Part shown: positions 47,201 through 60,399 of the stretch, piece by piece
How positions within the stretch are numbered: position 1 is the first letter of the stretch
Layout: the number at the start of each line of letters is the position of its first letter
From: Eledone cirrhosa
Lineage: Eukaryota
Direction: 5' to 3'
NCBI GenBank assembly: GCA_964016885.1
Contig: OZ024742.1
Location: 342,054,001-342,118,000, forward strand
Length of the DNA: 64,000 nucleotides
Made by a program: the position numbers and the translations under genes
Notes under the pieces: generated by a model
What the model saw: the letters and a program-made list of their open reading frames with translations, nothing else
Told to the model about the DNA's origin: nothing
Database searches by the model: none

Positions 47201-47961
47201 CAAAAATGCAATTTATATTTAAAATGGATGGCATAGAAAGAGCATGAAACAATCTTTAAAAAGATACATAATTATACACATCTTGCGTGAGTTTTTATTC
47301 TTTAAAAATATTGAAACAAATAAAAATATAAAACCTTTATGAATTCCTAAACAATCTAATAATTTTTTGTAAGAACTTGTTTTAAAGTTATATTCCGAAC
47401 ATCAACATAATGACGATCTGAATTCAAATCACGCCAAGGTTAGCTTTGCCTTTCATCCTTACGGGGTCGATAAAATAAAGTACCAATGATGTACTTGGGC
47501 CGATTTAATCGACTCTCCTTTTCTCTAAAAATTGTTGGCCTTGTACCTACATCAGAAACCCTTTGTATTTTTGATTATTTCAAAATTAATTGAAAATCTC
47601 AGACATTGTCTTTCATTAGAAATATGGTAATGGAAGGTTTAACGTTAAAAGTGGTCGTGTGCATAGGCCACGTGTTCGTACAGACATATTTTAATATCTA
47701 ATTAAACGTATACGTTTGCTGGATGCTTCCACTTCAATCAAAAGTATTCATGTAATATATTTATGTAAGCCTTGGTTCGTAATATTATAACTAATATCAT
47801 ATCTAATTAAACACGTACGGTTTTCTGGTTGCGTCTATTTCAATAAAAAAACATATTCCTCCAATATATTTATGTAAGCCATAGTTTGTAATATTATACC
47901 ACAACAAGACAAAAATTCTGAAACATATCAGATACGAAAGCTGATATACAGATTCTACTTT

Positions 47962-49430
47962 CAAATATTACCTCATGAATAGACTTTGCTAAAATATTAC
48001 CTCATACATTAATAGACTTTGCTAAAATATTACCTCATACATTAATGGACGTTGTTAAAATATTACCTCATACATTAATAGACTTTGCTAAAATATTGTC
48101 TCATGCATTAATAGACTTTGCTAAAATATTACCTCACACATTAATAGACTTTGCTAAAATATTGCTAAAATATTGCCTTATACATTAATAGACTTTAGTA
48201 AAATATTGCTAAAATATTGCCTCATGCATTAATAGACTTTGCTAAAATATTACCTCATACATTAATAGACTTTGCTAGAATATTGCCTCGTACATTAATA
48301 GACTTTGCTGAAATATTACCTCATTAATAGACGTTGCTGAAATATTACCTCATTAATAGACTTTGCTGAAATATTACCTCATTAATAGACTTTGCTAAAA
48401 TATTGCCTCATACATTAATAGACTTTGCTAAAATATTGCTTCGTACATTAATAGACTTTGCTAAAATATTGCCTCATACATTAATAGACTTTGCTAAAAT
48501 ATTGCCTCATACATTAATAGACTTTGCTAAAATATTGCCTCGTACATTAATAGACTTTGCTAAAATATTGCCTCGTACATTAATAGACTTTGCTAAAATA
48601 TTGCCTCATACATTAATAGACTTTGCTAAAATATTGCCTCATGCATTAATAGACTTTGCTGAAATATTACCTCATACATTAATAGACTTTGCTAAAATAT
48701 TGCCTCATGCATTAATAGACTTTGCTGAAATATTACCTCATACATTAATAGACTTTGCTAAAATATTGCCTCATGCATTTTAATAGACTTTGCTGAAATA
48801 TTACCTCATACATTAATAGACTTTGCTAAAATATTGCCTCATGCATTAATAGACTTTGCTGAAATATTACCTCATACATTAATAGACTTTGCTAAAATAT
48901 TGCCTCATGCATTAATAGACTTTGCTGAAATATTACCTCATTAATAGACGTTGCTGAAATATTACCTCATACATTAATAGACTTTGCTAAAATATTGCCT
49001 CGTACATTAATAGACGTTGCTAAAATATTGCCTCATACATTAATAGACGTTGCTAAAATATTGCCTTATACATTAATAGACTTTGCTAAAATATTGCCTC
49101 ATGCATTAATAGACTTTGCTAAAATATTACCTCACACATTAATAGACTTTACTAAAATATTGCTAAAATATTGCCTCAAACATTTATAGACTTTACTAAA
49201 ACAGTTAAAATATTGCCTCATTAATAGACGTTGCTAAAATATTACCTCATACATTAATAGACGTTGCTGAAATATTACCTCATACATTAATAGACTTTGC
49301 TAAAATATTGCCTCGTACATTAATGGACGTTGCTAAAATATTGCCTCGTACATTAATAGACGTTGCTAAAATATTGCCTCGTACATTAATAGACTTTGCT
49401 AAAATATTGCCTCATGCATTAATAGACGTT
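47962..49430. repeat. 33-bp AT-rich minisatellite AATAGACTTTGCTAAAATATTGCCTCATACATT, about 44 copies
   Basis: Direct inspection; includes 29-bp deletion variants and AATATTGCTAA duplication variants. Confidence 0.96.
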
Positions 49431-51049
49431 TGCTACTCACCATCTGAAAAATACTAACTGCACTAAAATAAACAATACTAACTGCACCAAAAATACAATG
49501 CTAACTGCACTAAAACCAGTATCTCATGTAACACTTCCGTTACCATATTTCTAATGAAAGACATTGACTATGATTGTCGAACAATTATGAAAATAATTAT
49601 CAATTTGAAGATATTTAGTGATGTAACTAACTCTCTCGTTAGGTTTTTGCATGAAATTATGTTGGAAGGTTTTCAAAATAAACAGTTTTGTATGAGAGAA
49701 CCAGCGCTGGTTTCAAACGGTTTGGTATCAAAAGGTTTAAAACAATTTATTTGTACGTTTACTATTTTATTATTCCAGACTTGTCGACTCTCCCCGTCCG
49801 ACGGGAAGATCTCCCAACCACTTTGGGGTGTGTGAAAGTTGTCTTCTCTTTTCATGGTCGATAAAATAAAGTACCAGTTACGCACTGGGTCGATATAATT
49901 GACTTGGACTCTCCCCCAAACATTGTTGGCCTTGTGCCTAAATCAGAAACCATTATTCAGAAAGTTGAGGGTGATGCATTGGCAGAATCGGTAGAGTGTA
50001 GGACAACATACTTTGCGGCATATAGTTGCGACCATTTACGTTCTGAATTCAAAATCCGCTGAGGTTAGCTTTGCCTTTCATCCTTACGGGCTCCATAAAA
50101 TAGAATACCGGTGCATTGGGGTCGATTTAATTAACTTTCTCCTTCCCTTCAAATTGCTGGCCTTGTGCCAAAAGTAGAAACAATTATCAAGAAAGCTGGA
50201 AAATGTTGTAGATTAAAAATGAAGGATCATTCGAATATTGGACAAAATGCCCTGCGGTGTTTAATCCTACTTCATACGTTCCGAGGAGGGGGGTGCACAG
50301 GTGAAATCATATTTGCTCGAAGTCTTTGAGTTGGTACTTTCTTTACGGAACCTGAAAGCTTAGAAGACAAAATACACCCGGCAGAATTTGAATCCCACCG
50401 AGGCCTATTTGAATAATAAGCTTAATCCATGTCTTTGGGGTGGGAGGGGGTATTATTTGTGTGGTCTACATAATTACCAAGCCGTACCACGATATGTGAC
50501 AGGCCTAATAGACCTTTGAATTATATGAATAATCCATCTGATTGGGCTTCCATACACCTTCTGTCTACCAAAACTGGGTGGTAAACTTAAACTGTGGCCA
50601 CTGTATGTATTATTATTAGTGTCAGTCTTCGTAATTACCAAACCTTACCAGCGTGACATATGTGACAGGTCCAACAGACCTTTCAATTATCTGTACAATA
50701 AATCTAATGGGCTTCCATACAGTTTCCGTCTACCACATGTATAGATGAATCTATTCATAGGCTAGATTAAAGACACGTATCCAAGATGCCATGCGGTGGG
50801 ATCGAACCTTAGACATCGGGGTTGCGAAGCGACCTTCTCAACCATTCAACCATGACTGTGTCCAAGGTAGTAGTTTAGTAATAGTTTGGTAGATATACAG
50901 TCATGTGAAGTAATGGTGTTAAAGAATATAATGTTTAGTATATCGAAGTGTACTTTACACCTATTATCTATTGAGTGTAATTATAGGTAGCTACTAGTAT
51001 GTCTATCAGGCTGACTTACCATGCCAGGTAGAAAGGTTGGAAAACAGAT

Positions 51050-51400
51050 TAGTAGGTAGGTAGGTGAGGAGCTAGGTAGGTGGGGAGTTAGGTAGGTAGG
51101 TGGGGAGCTAGGTAGGTAGGTGGGGAGCTAGGTAGGTAGGTGCGGAGCTAGGGAGGTGGGGAGCTAGGTAGGTAGGTGAGGAGCTAGGTAGGTAGGTGGG
51201 GAGCTAGGTAGGTAGGTGGGGAGCTAGGTGGGGAGCTAGGTAGGTAGGTGCGGAGCTAGGTAGGTGGGGAGCTAGGTAGGTAGGTGCGGAGCTAGGTAGG
51301 TAGGTGGGGAGCTAGGTAGGTAGGTGGGGAGCTAGGTAGGTAGGTGCGGAGCTAGGGAGGTGGGTATGCAGCTAGCTAGGTAAGTAGTAGCTAGATAGGT
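51050..51400. repeat. G-rich ~20-bp minisatellite GAGCTAGGTAGGTAGGTGGG
   Basis: Direct inspection. Confidence 0.93.
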
Positions 51401-51477
51401 AACCAACACATTTTTCGAAATACTGCTAAAATACCAAGGTTTCTTGTCTATTTTAGACTATAAATTATTTGCTTTCC

Positions 51478-51533
<56 letters not shown>

Positions 51534-51574
51534 GTGTGTGTGTGTATATATATACACACACACATATATATACA

Positions 51575-51756
51575 CAGTGCCGGATTTATCATTGTGCTTA
51601 CATGTGCTGAAGCTTAGGGCTCCTTTGGCCACGAGGATGGGAGGGGGGGGGGGGGGTCATTTTCCTGCCCCAATTTTTTTAAACCTCCTTCAGAGCCCAA
51701 GTAAGGGACCTCATAACTTAATTAACACAGAACCTCATTTGTCCTAAATCCGACAC

Positions 51757-51758
<2 letters not shown>
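51575..51758. mobile_element. hAT-like MITE
   Basis: 14-bp TIR CAGTGCCGGATTTA / TAAATCCGACACTG (1 mismatch); TSD not resolvable in the microsatellite flanks. Confidence 0.75.
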
Positions 51759-51829
<71 letters not shown>

Positions 51830-51922
51830 AGTTTATGTTGGTTGTATACCAACACCTCAGTATGCAGGCTGGAGCACTCGACGAAGTGCGCAGGTTGGTT
51901 TGGTTACTCCGGAGTAGTGTAA

Positions 51923-52354
51923 AATAAAGTTAAATAAAAGTCAAATGATTAAAATTTAGCTTCGTTTATTACTGCTATATATATTTCAGTGACAGCCATC
52001 TTTGGCTGTGACCTCTTCAGGCAGTTTGAATTAGTATGGTATAGACAAGTACATATGTTGTTTAGGTGTATGATATTGTCAATACTCTGATATGCTCAGT
52101 TCCTTGCTGGGTTGTTAATTCACTGGGGAACTGGAGTCATATGACTCCAGTTCCCCAGTGAATTAACAACCCAGCAAGGAACTGAGCATATCAGAGTATT
52201 GACAATATCATACACCTAAACAACATATGTACTTGTCTATACCATACTAATTCAAACTGCCTGAAGAGGTCACAGCCAAAGATGGCTGTCACTGAAATAT
52301 ATATAGCAGTAATAAACGAAGCTAAATTTTAATCATTTGACTTTTATTTAACTT

Positions 52355-52358
<4 letters not shown>
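51923..52358. mobile_element. Apparently perfect spacer-less 436-bp palindrome (Penelope-like inverted pLTR), with a left extension at about 51825-51922
   Basis: Centre GGAGTCAT|ATGACTCC at 52140/52141; 218-bp arms; right end abuts (TA)n. Confidence 0.9.
52256..52310 (+). ncRNA. Minimal type I hammerhead ribozyme (mirror copy 51971-52025, minus strand)
   Basis: ACTGC CTGAAGA GGT-C-ACAGCC-aaagat-GGCTGT-C-ACT GAAA TATATA TA^ GCAGT, followed by AATAAA. Confidence 0.85.
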
Positions 52359-52442
<84 letters not shown>

Positions 52443-53079
52443 TTATATGTATATATGTATATGTATATGTAGATACATATGCATACACTCACATACATAT
52501 GTATATATAAGTATATATACATTTATATATAGAGATATGTGTGTGTGTGTGTTATAGTGCCAGGAAGGACGTCCAGCTGCAAAACACTGCCTCAAAAGGT
52601 CCTGTCCCAACTCATACCAGCAATGGGGAGGTGAATGTACAAACAATGAAGATGATGTTATATATACATTTACACAATGGCATACAAGTACATAATGTGG
52701 ACTAGGTCATGGCTGAAAGAGTAAGATATTCGTATCAAAACTACCAGGTCATAAGTTCGATCCAACCCGATACCGTCTTGTGCAAGTCTCCTTTACAATA
52801 GCCTAGGCTTGAGAATGCCGCAGTGACAAACACAGGCTGTTATATTTTCATTTGTCTTCTCTTCTTGTTTAGAATATACGGCATATCCATCCAACCAAAC
52901 AAATTAATTATGTTTTGATTAGAAAGTGCAGAGTAAATCTTCTCGTTGTGTGTGTACGTGCGTGTGTGTATGTGATTGTGTGAGTGTGAGATTGCTTTCG
53001 TCAGTTCCAACGAGGAGTGTTCCAGTTGTTTGATCAACATAACACTCTGCGTGTGAAATTAACGTGCAAGTGACTGATC

Positions 53080-54350
53080 ATTCCAGCCATGCAGTACTCA
53101 GCATCAAACCTATCAAGTGCAAGTCGGAGAACACCTTCTGTCGAGTTAAGTAACACCATGTCGTCTGCAAATTGCAACGGAGAGATTTTTCACTCGCCAG
53201 TCATGATACCACTTCCCACCCGAGTGTGCATGTCAATCCTGTTGATGTTAATAAGAACAGGAGAGGTCACAGTTCGACTTAGCAGAGTTCGACTCCCACA
53301 TTGAAAGGTTTCGATTTAGCACCATTTATCCGAACGCAAATACTCAGGCATTCGTATAGAGACATCAGGGCAGCAAGAAGCTGACCATCGATCCCATACT
53401 CCTGCACAACCTTCCACAGTAGGTCTCGAGGAACGCAGTCATATGCCTTCTCACGGTCGACAAAACAACAATATACTTCTTTGCAATACTCCCATGATTT
53501 CTCGAAGATCTGCTGCAGTGTGAATATTTGGTCGGCTGTGCTGCATCCGAGGTGAAATCCACACTGTTCATCAGCTAGCTTAGACTAGACAATCTCCCTG
53601 TATTTCTTTACCAGACACTTAGCTTAGACTTTACCGGGGAGGCTTAGCAAGGAGATCTCTCTGTAATTGGACTTGATAGGTTTGATGTCAGTGCTGTGAA
53701 AACGAAGACACTCGTCCTCACAAGGAAGCCTGCACAGTGCACCCAGCATGTGAATAGAGTTCCACTGAAGGAGGAAGAGAAGTTCAAGTATCTCAGGGTC
53801 GTGTTCACGAGTGTTGGAAGGCATAAAACTGATTTAAGTGCAAGAATTGCAGGAGCTGGTGCAGTAATGCGCCAGCTTCAGCATTCAGAAGAAAAGAGGT
53901 AGGTGTAAAGGCCAAATTCGCTATCTTAAATTCGGTATTTGTGCCAACCCTTACCTATCGTTATGAATCTTGGGTAATGACCGAAAGAATACGATCACGA
54001 ATACAAGCAGCCGAAATGGTATTCCTCCAAAGGTTGTTTGGAATAACGTTACTCGATAAAGTGCGTAGCTCGGAGATCAGAGATCATTCCATTTAGAGTC
54101 ACTACTTCTCCGAATTGAGAGATCACTATGGACATATGGTTAAAATGTGTCAGGAAAGAACCGCTGGACAGATTTTTACGGACAAAACCAACCAGCAGGA
54201 GACCCAAGGGTAGACTCCGAGCAAGATGGTTGAATAACATCCATGAGCTTGGCTGGTCAACCGGATCAGTTGGAGACGGTTGCTTCTGACAGGACCCACT
54301 GGAAGGAGTGTTTGAGGACTCTTCCCTCCAAGACCCTCACAAGAACAAGA
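53080..54350. mobile_element. RTE LINE with an inverted 5' half (about 53080-53670 minus; about 53671-54350 plus)
   Basis: Minus: NYREISLLSLPGKV, EQCGF, FVDREKAYD, FADDMVLL. Plus: KTKTLV, FKYL, RPKGRLRARW. Confidence 0.88.
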
Positions 54351-54519
54351 AAAACTCCTATTTTCTCAATCAGGGCGAACTGGAACATGAAGTAATGTGA
54401 CTTGCGCCGCTAGGAACCGAACTCGATTATGAGCCGAATATCTTAACCACTAAACCAAGTATCTTCTCACTGAGTGCCTTTCACAAAATAAAAGGGCTTA
54501 AGCCAAGGAAACTAGAAGT

Positions 54520-55085
54520 GGTATTCTGCGATTGCAGCATAGAGTTACATCCCTTTATGTTCTGAATTCAAATCCCGCCGAGGTTAACTTTGCCTTTCAT
54601 CCTTACGTGGTCGATAAAATAAAGTACCAGTAATACACTGGGTAATTGCTGGCCTGTGCCAAAAGTAGAAACAATTATTATTGGCAGTGAATTGACAGTA
54701 TCGGTAGAGGGTCGGACGCCATACTTTGCAGCATAGTTACGGCCCTTTACGGTCTGAGTTCAAATCCCCCGAGATTAACTTTCATCCTTACGGGGTCGAT
54801 AAATAAAGTACCAGTCAAGCACTGGGATAATTGCTGGCCTTGTGCCAAAAATAGAAATATTATTATTGGCAGTATCGGTAGAGCATCGGACACCATGTTT
54901 AGCGGCATAATGTTACGTCCCTTTACGTTCTGAGTTCAAATCCAGCCTAGGTTAGCTTTGCTTTTCATTATTACGGGGTTGATAGAATAAAGTACCAGTA
55001 ATACACTAAGGTTGATTTAATCCACTTGCCACCCCTCTTCCTCCAAAAAAAAAATATATATTTTTGGCCTTGTGCCTAAATCAGA
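54520..55085 (+). mobile_element. Head-to-tail array of three SINE family B copies
   Basis: B-box plus central domain repeated at about 54565, 54755 and 54930. Confidence 0.85.
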
Positions 55086-55609
55086 AAGAATGATTATAAT
55101 GACTATTATTGTTGTTGTCATGTGAGAAGTGTTGAGCTAATTATAGAGTAACCTTCACCGAAACATTTGCTGCTGAGCAATGACAACGAGGTGAAGGACG
55201 AAACGCCGTGACGTAGGCAAATACCCCTCTCCCCAACTCCGACCCACACTATAACTACCCCAAACCCCACCACTACCCACCTGCCTGGTTCCAATGGTGT
55301 AATGTCACCGTGTAAAAATATGCTGCAGCAGCTGATATATTTTTTTAGCATCCTCTCTCTCTCATTTTTTCTATTTATCTCCATCTCTCGTATATACACA
55401 CACAGACATATGTGTATATATATATATATATACATATATACATATACTTCCATGGGCTTCCTGATGATTTCTCCGGAATGAAACAGTTCTAGTCATGTAG
55501 AAGCCTTTCTACATTAAATATTTATACTCTGCTTTGTATTGAGTACCTTACTTATTGTGTTTACCCCCGATTGAACCCGGGATAAACTTATATATGTATA
55601 TAAATATAT

Positions 55610-56051
55610 GTGCAAAAGTTTTATTTAAGATTGTTGGGTTACAACGAGTAAATATTTTATAACTGATATAAAAGCACTCAACAGTTTCTGGAGTAGGTTT
55701 ACGATATTAAACAAATGGAAACTATATTTATAAAACCATATTTATTTCGTTATATATATTTCTGGGATATCATATTAAAAATATGGTATGCCTTCCTCAG
55801 ACAAAATACAATACATAAGCTGTTTTATAAATAATTAGTGACATACCTTGTGATAGTGCAACTTCCTTTTAAATCAACTTTTTAAAAGGAAGTTGCATTA
55901 TCACAAGGTATGTCACTAATTATTTATAAAACAGCTTATGTATTGTATTTTGTCTGAGGAAGGCATACCATATTTTTAATATGATATCCCAGAAATATAT
56001 ATAACGAAATAAATATGGTTTTATAAATATAGTTTCCATTTGTTTAATATC

Positions 56052-56054
<3 letters not shown>
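55610..56054. mobile_element. Palindromic Penelope-like element, 174-bp arms (55700-55873 / 55881-56054), 7-nt loop, left extension
   Basis: One visible arm mismatch; homologous to 38038-38454; the centre resembles that of the 17.3-kb palindrome (GATAGTGCA..TTTTAAATCAAC). Confidence 0.88.
55946..56011 (+). ncRNA. Minimal type I hammerhead ribozyme (mirror copy 55743-55808, minus strand); imperfect stem II base
   Basis: TATTTTGT CTGAGGA AGGCATACCATATT-ttt-AATATGATATCCCA GAAA TATATA TA^ ACGAAATA. Confidence 0.7.
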
Positions 56055-56085
<31 letters not shown>

Positions 56086-56623
56086 TAATAAAAACAATGA
56101 AATAAAAACAAAGAACAAGTTCCTTATATTAAATACATCTTCTCTTTTCATGATATTTGGATTACATTGAGTTCTTCATACGGATTGGACACTACCGTAT
56201 ATTTTGGTAGATTTATCTATCTATCTATATATAGGCATTATAATGGCAGTCCTGAGCAAATACAGACACCATCTCGATCGTTCCTTCTTTGAACAGTGGA
56301 ATAATCAGGATGTGATAGCAGGATGGAAAGAGGGCAACACCATCACCTGGAGGTACTTTCTTTATTGACCCAGAAAGGAGGAGAGGCAACTCAGAACTCA
56401 GGACTCCGGAACAAATACCCAACTCCCTAACAACTCAAATCGTCCGCCTAATGTATGCATTCACATTACACAAGCAATGCACTCACTTTACACACGTACA
56501 CACACAGCATCACTGTTCACTCTAATATATGTGAGTGCGTACTTCACACACATTTTGCAACAATCACACAAAACATATTAATGTCCGCACAAGAAATTAA
56601 TGAACTATGAGCTAAATTTTAAG

Positions 56624-57804
56624 TATTCTCGGGTCTTGAATAACCCCCCCCCCCCCGCGTTTATAATTTTTCAGATTTTTTACACCACTCCCGCTCATAT
56701 TCCACCTACCCCCCCCGCTTATTAAATTTTACTAATCTATCTCCAGCAAAATATTATTTTAAGTGGTAGCATTCCTGCAACAATTAATTGTATTTAGACA
56801 TTAAAAAACATTACACATGACAAAAAAGTACATTACTAGAAATCCCATATATTATAAAATAAATAGGATGGGTTGGGGTCCCAATATGTAAACTAAATTA
56901 CTAATTCTTGTTTTTCAAAAAATCAACGGAGACAACCAAGAAATATAACCCCCCCCCCCACACACACACACACTTATTCCAACTCTCCACCCTACCCCCA
57001 TTATTTGAGACTCGAGAGTAAATCCAAAATCTTAAATACTCTCGGGTCCCCAATAATAGGGGTGGGGTGGGGGTGAAATTTGTGAGCTGGGGGGTCAGTA
57101 ATTTTTCTAGGTTGTCTTCGTTGATTTTAAAAACCAGAATTGGTTGTTTAGTTTACATATTGAGACCTCAACTCATCCTATTTATTTTATAATGTATGAG
57201 ATTTCTAGTAATGTACTTTTATGGTCATGTAAAATGTTTTTTTAATGTCTAAATACAATTAATTGTAGCAGGAATGTTACCACTTAAAATAAAATTTTGC
57301 CGGGGATAGATTAGCAAAATTTAATAAGCGGGGAAAGGGTGGAATATGAAGGGGGGTGGGCGATTATTTGCAACCCTGGAGTAGTTTGTTAAATACATTT
57401 CACACAGTTCTTCTCTTAAGTGTAAGGCTTTCTTTCTTTTGATTGTTATTTTAACTGTAGTATAACAATCTGGAAAGCAAGTACTTTTAGCAAGAGTCCG
57501 TGGAAAAAAATGATATAGATGGTAGTGAAAAGTTGCGGAACTACTCTCAGGTCTTGAATAATCATTCCCTCTCCCCGACAAAATTTTATTGTAAGCGATT
57601 CATATTGATACAGCAGCTGGAGAATCTAATAATAATTCTATTTTACATTAAAAAAAAAAAATTACAAGAAATCCGATATTTGCGAACGTACACTAAACAA
57701 TTACCGATACCCACCCCCGTTTATTCCACCCCATCCACCGGTTATAAGAATTTAAGCAAATGTCCAACCTACCCTCATCCCCCTATTATTTGGGTCCCGA
57801 GAGT
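56624..57804. mobile_element. Cluster of three related TA-flanked MITEs (TIR TACTCTCGGGTCYY..AATAA): about 56624-57020, 57037-57385 (inverted relative to the first), 57542-57804
   Basis: TIR pairs are visible; 56740-56945 is the approximate reverse complement of 57105-57325; a lone TIR also occurs at 41443. Confidence 0.78.
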
Positions 57805-58168
57805 AGTCATTAATTCTTTCCATCGGCACGGAATTGGCTACTCTCAGGTGTGAACCTCGTGGGCTGGAGTGGCTCTTCCAACGCCTCTCCCTCACCATCG
57901 TCCGGAGAAACGCCTTCTCTATTCTGTTAGTCAGGACAGCGGGGTAGCCAGCGCTTGGGTTCCCATTTGTATATAATAGTAAGAAATGGGGGAGAGCGAG
58001 AGAGAGACGGAGGCAGTGAGTGAAAGAGAGAGAACATCAACGCACATTTCAAGTGAAGTTACTTGGGTGTTGTTGGAGATGAACAAACACGACAAATACA
58101 ATAATTTTGGTTAGAGACATAACTTTACTTCACTTCTTTATAAAGGAAAAAATATCTGTGTTTATTAT

Positions 58169-58389
58169 CCCTTTAGCATTTAAACCGGCCATATTCGGCC
58201 AGAATTCTCGCAATTCTTTCTGTTCAAACTGGTCATAACTGGCCGCTCAAACTGATGTTGAGGTATTGTTCTCAAAATAAATAACATAAAAATATCCTAG
58301 ATTCGATATTATGTGAGATAATTATGTAAGATAAAGCCTTTACCGCAAAAATACAACAGTATATATAGAGTAATGTAAATGCTAAAGGG
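58169..58389. mobile_element. piggyBac-like MITE
   Basis: TIR CCCTTTAGCATTTA / TAAATGCTAAAGGG with TTAT on both sides (variant of the TTAA target). Confidence 0.8.
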
Positions 58390-59855
58390 TTATGCTACGT
58401 TGATTACAAAGTGACAAGTTGTTTCAGGATGTACATACCAGCATAAGTAGTAGTAAGCTCGCAGTACAACGTAGCTATATGATTCTGTGTAGTTCAAATG
58501 CCGATGGGAGAATTGCTGTTGTGCCCTTGTCGACAGGGCCGAAGTTATTTTGCTAAGTGCTATATCTCGCTAGTGATGCTTCTCTTCCGAGTTACCAGAG
58601 TCGACTGAGAGAAAAGAACTTATTTTGCCTTCACCTCAAGCTGACCACCAAGTCCAGAAAAAATGACGCCCATTGAGATAGATAGAAATAGCAGCCAGAT
58701 GTCATTCGTTTGTCAGTATGTGTGTGAAGAGATTTCGCTACACATTTACCCCTACAGCTACAGATTGATCACAGTATTTGCAGGAGACTGCAGAGGATGG
58801 GGATCTTTTGTTGCTTCCCAATATTCCACGTAGAATGAGAGGACCTAACTAACTAATAACTAACAGTATTTTATTTTATCGATCTCAGCACGATGATAAG
58901 CAAAGTCGACATCGGCGGGATTTGAACTCAGAAAATAAAAAGCTGTAAGAAATACTGCTAAGCATTTCTCCGGCGCTCTAACGATTCTGTCAATCCACGT
59001 CCCTAAATGTAACTAATAATGGTTTCTGAGTTAGGCATAAGGTCAACCATTTGGGAGATGGGCGAAGTTGATTAAATCGATCCCCAGTGCATTACTGATA
59101 CTTTATTTTATCGAGCCTGTAAGGATGAAAGGCAAAGCTAAACTTGGCGGGATTTGAACTCAGAACGTAATTATATGCCGCAAAGCATGTTGTCTGACAC
59201 TCTACCGATATTGCCAATACACAGCCATTAAATGTACTTATAAATTCAAGGCGGTGAATTGGCAGAGTTGTTAGAACGTCGGATAAAACGCTTGAGGTAT
59301 TCTTCTCGGTTCTTTGAGTTCGAAACCCACCGAGGTCTACCGAAATTGATAAAAAAAAGTACCAATCCATTAGAGTAGTCAATTCTTCCTCTTTATCGCA
59401 CTCATTCTCTCTCCTTCTCTGGAAGAAATCGGCTATGTTCAGACGTGGAGGGTGGATGGGCTCCACCAGGCTGAAAATGCCGGTATGTCACTACGGCGCC
59501 CTTACGATTCCACTAGGAAATAGGGGTTCATACACACACTCTATATTCTGTACACAAATACCTTTGTTACAGGAACATTTGCAAAACATAAGAATTGTAT
59601 GCTGACTACAAAAGTTTGAGGAAAGAGTTGAGGGTTGAACTATGTATTTAAACGACACAAAAAAGACAACAAAAAAATGAAATCTGCATAATGGCAGAAT
59701 TTGTGGGAGTTAGGTACATATTAAAAAAATTTATATATTTTAAGGTAATTTTATAGATGTCTTCCACGTATGAAATTATTGAATAAAAAAATAACATTGA
59801 ACATTTATAATATATATATATATATATATTGTGGTCACCCCCGACACACACACAC

Positions 59856-59889
<34 letters not shown>

Positions 59890-59974
59890 ACTCCAGTCGC
59901 ATTTTTGATTTCTTTTCCTTATACTTTCACTCGTGTAGGACATCTCGTTTTTATCATTAAAAAAAAATCATTTT

Positions 59975-60012
<38 letters not shown>

Positions 60013-60399
60013 CGCATTGGAAGCCAATAAATTAAGTAGTACTCAATTTAATAAATTCCGACATTTCCCACTGAATTAAGAAGTCAGTGGAATGGCAGAT
60101 ATTAGTGAACCAGAGTTATGTCCCTTTATAAGGTTAGTTCACTGCAAAGCAGACATTGATTTCATCATTTGATCATAGTACCAGGATCGATATAATAAAC
60201 CTTCTTTACTTATTTATCAACGTTGCAAATATGTTTTAAATATATACATAAATAGCATAACCAATGCGTAAATAACACCAAAAATTGTTCGCAATTCATT
60301 CAGAGGAATAAATAAGTCTAAACCGTGTATAATAAAACAATCATATAAATTCATGAACAAAAATGATAAAGGAAAAAAAGGAGGATGGGGCAGTTCACC

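Noticed and set aside
47962-49430. CRISPR-like 33-bp periodicity and LPHTLIDFAKI repeat ORFs
   Set aside because: Contiguous tandem units with no unique spacers, no cas genes, eukaryotic context; frames are broken by 29-bp variants.
51575-51758. 8-bp hAT target-site duplication
   Set aside because: Flanks (TATATACA vs CATATATA) do not match exactly and lie in microsatellite, so no TSD is claimed.
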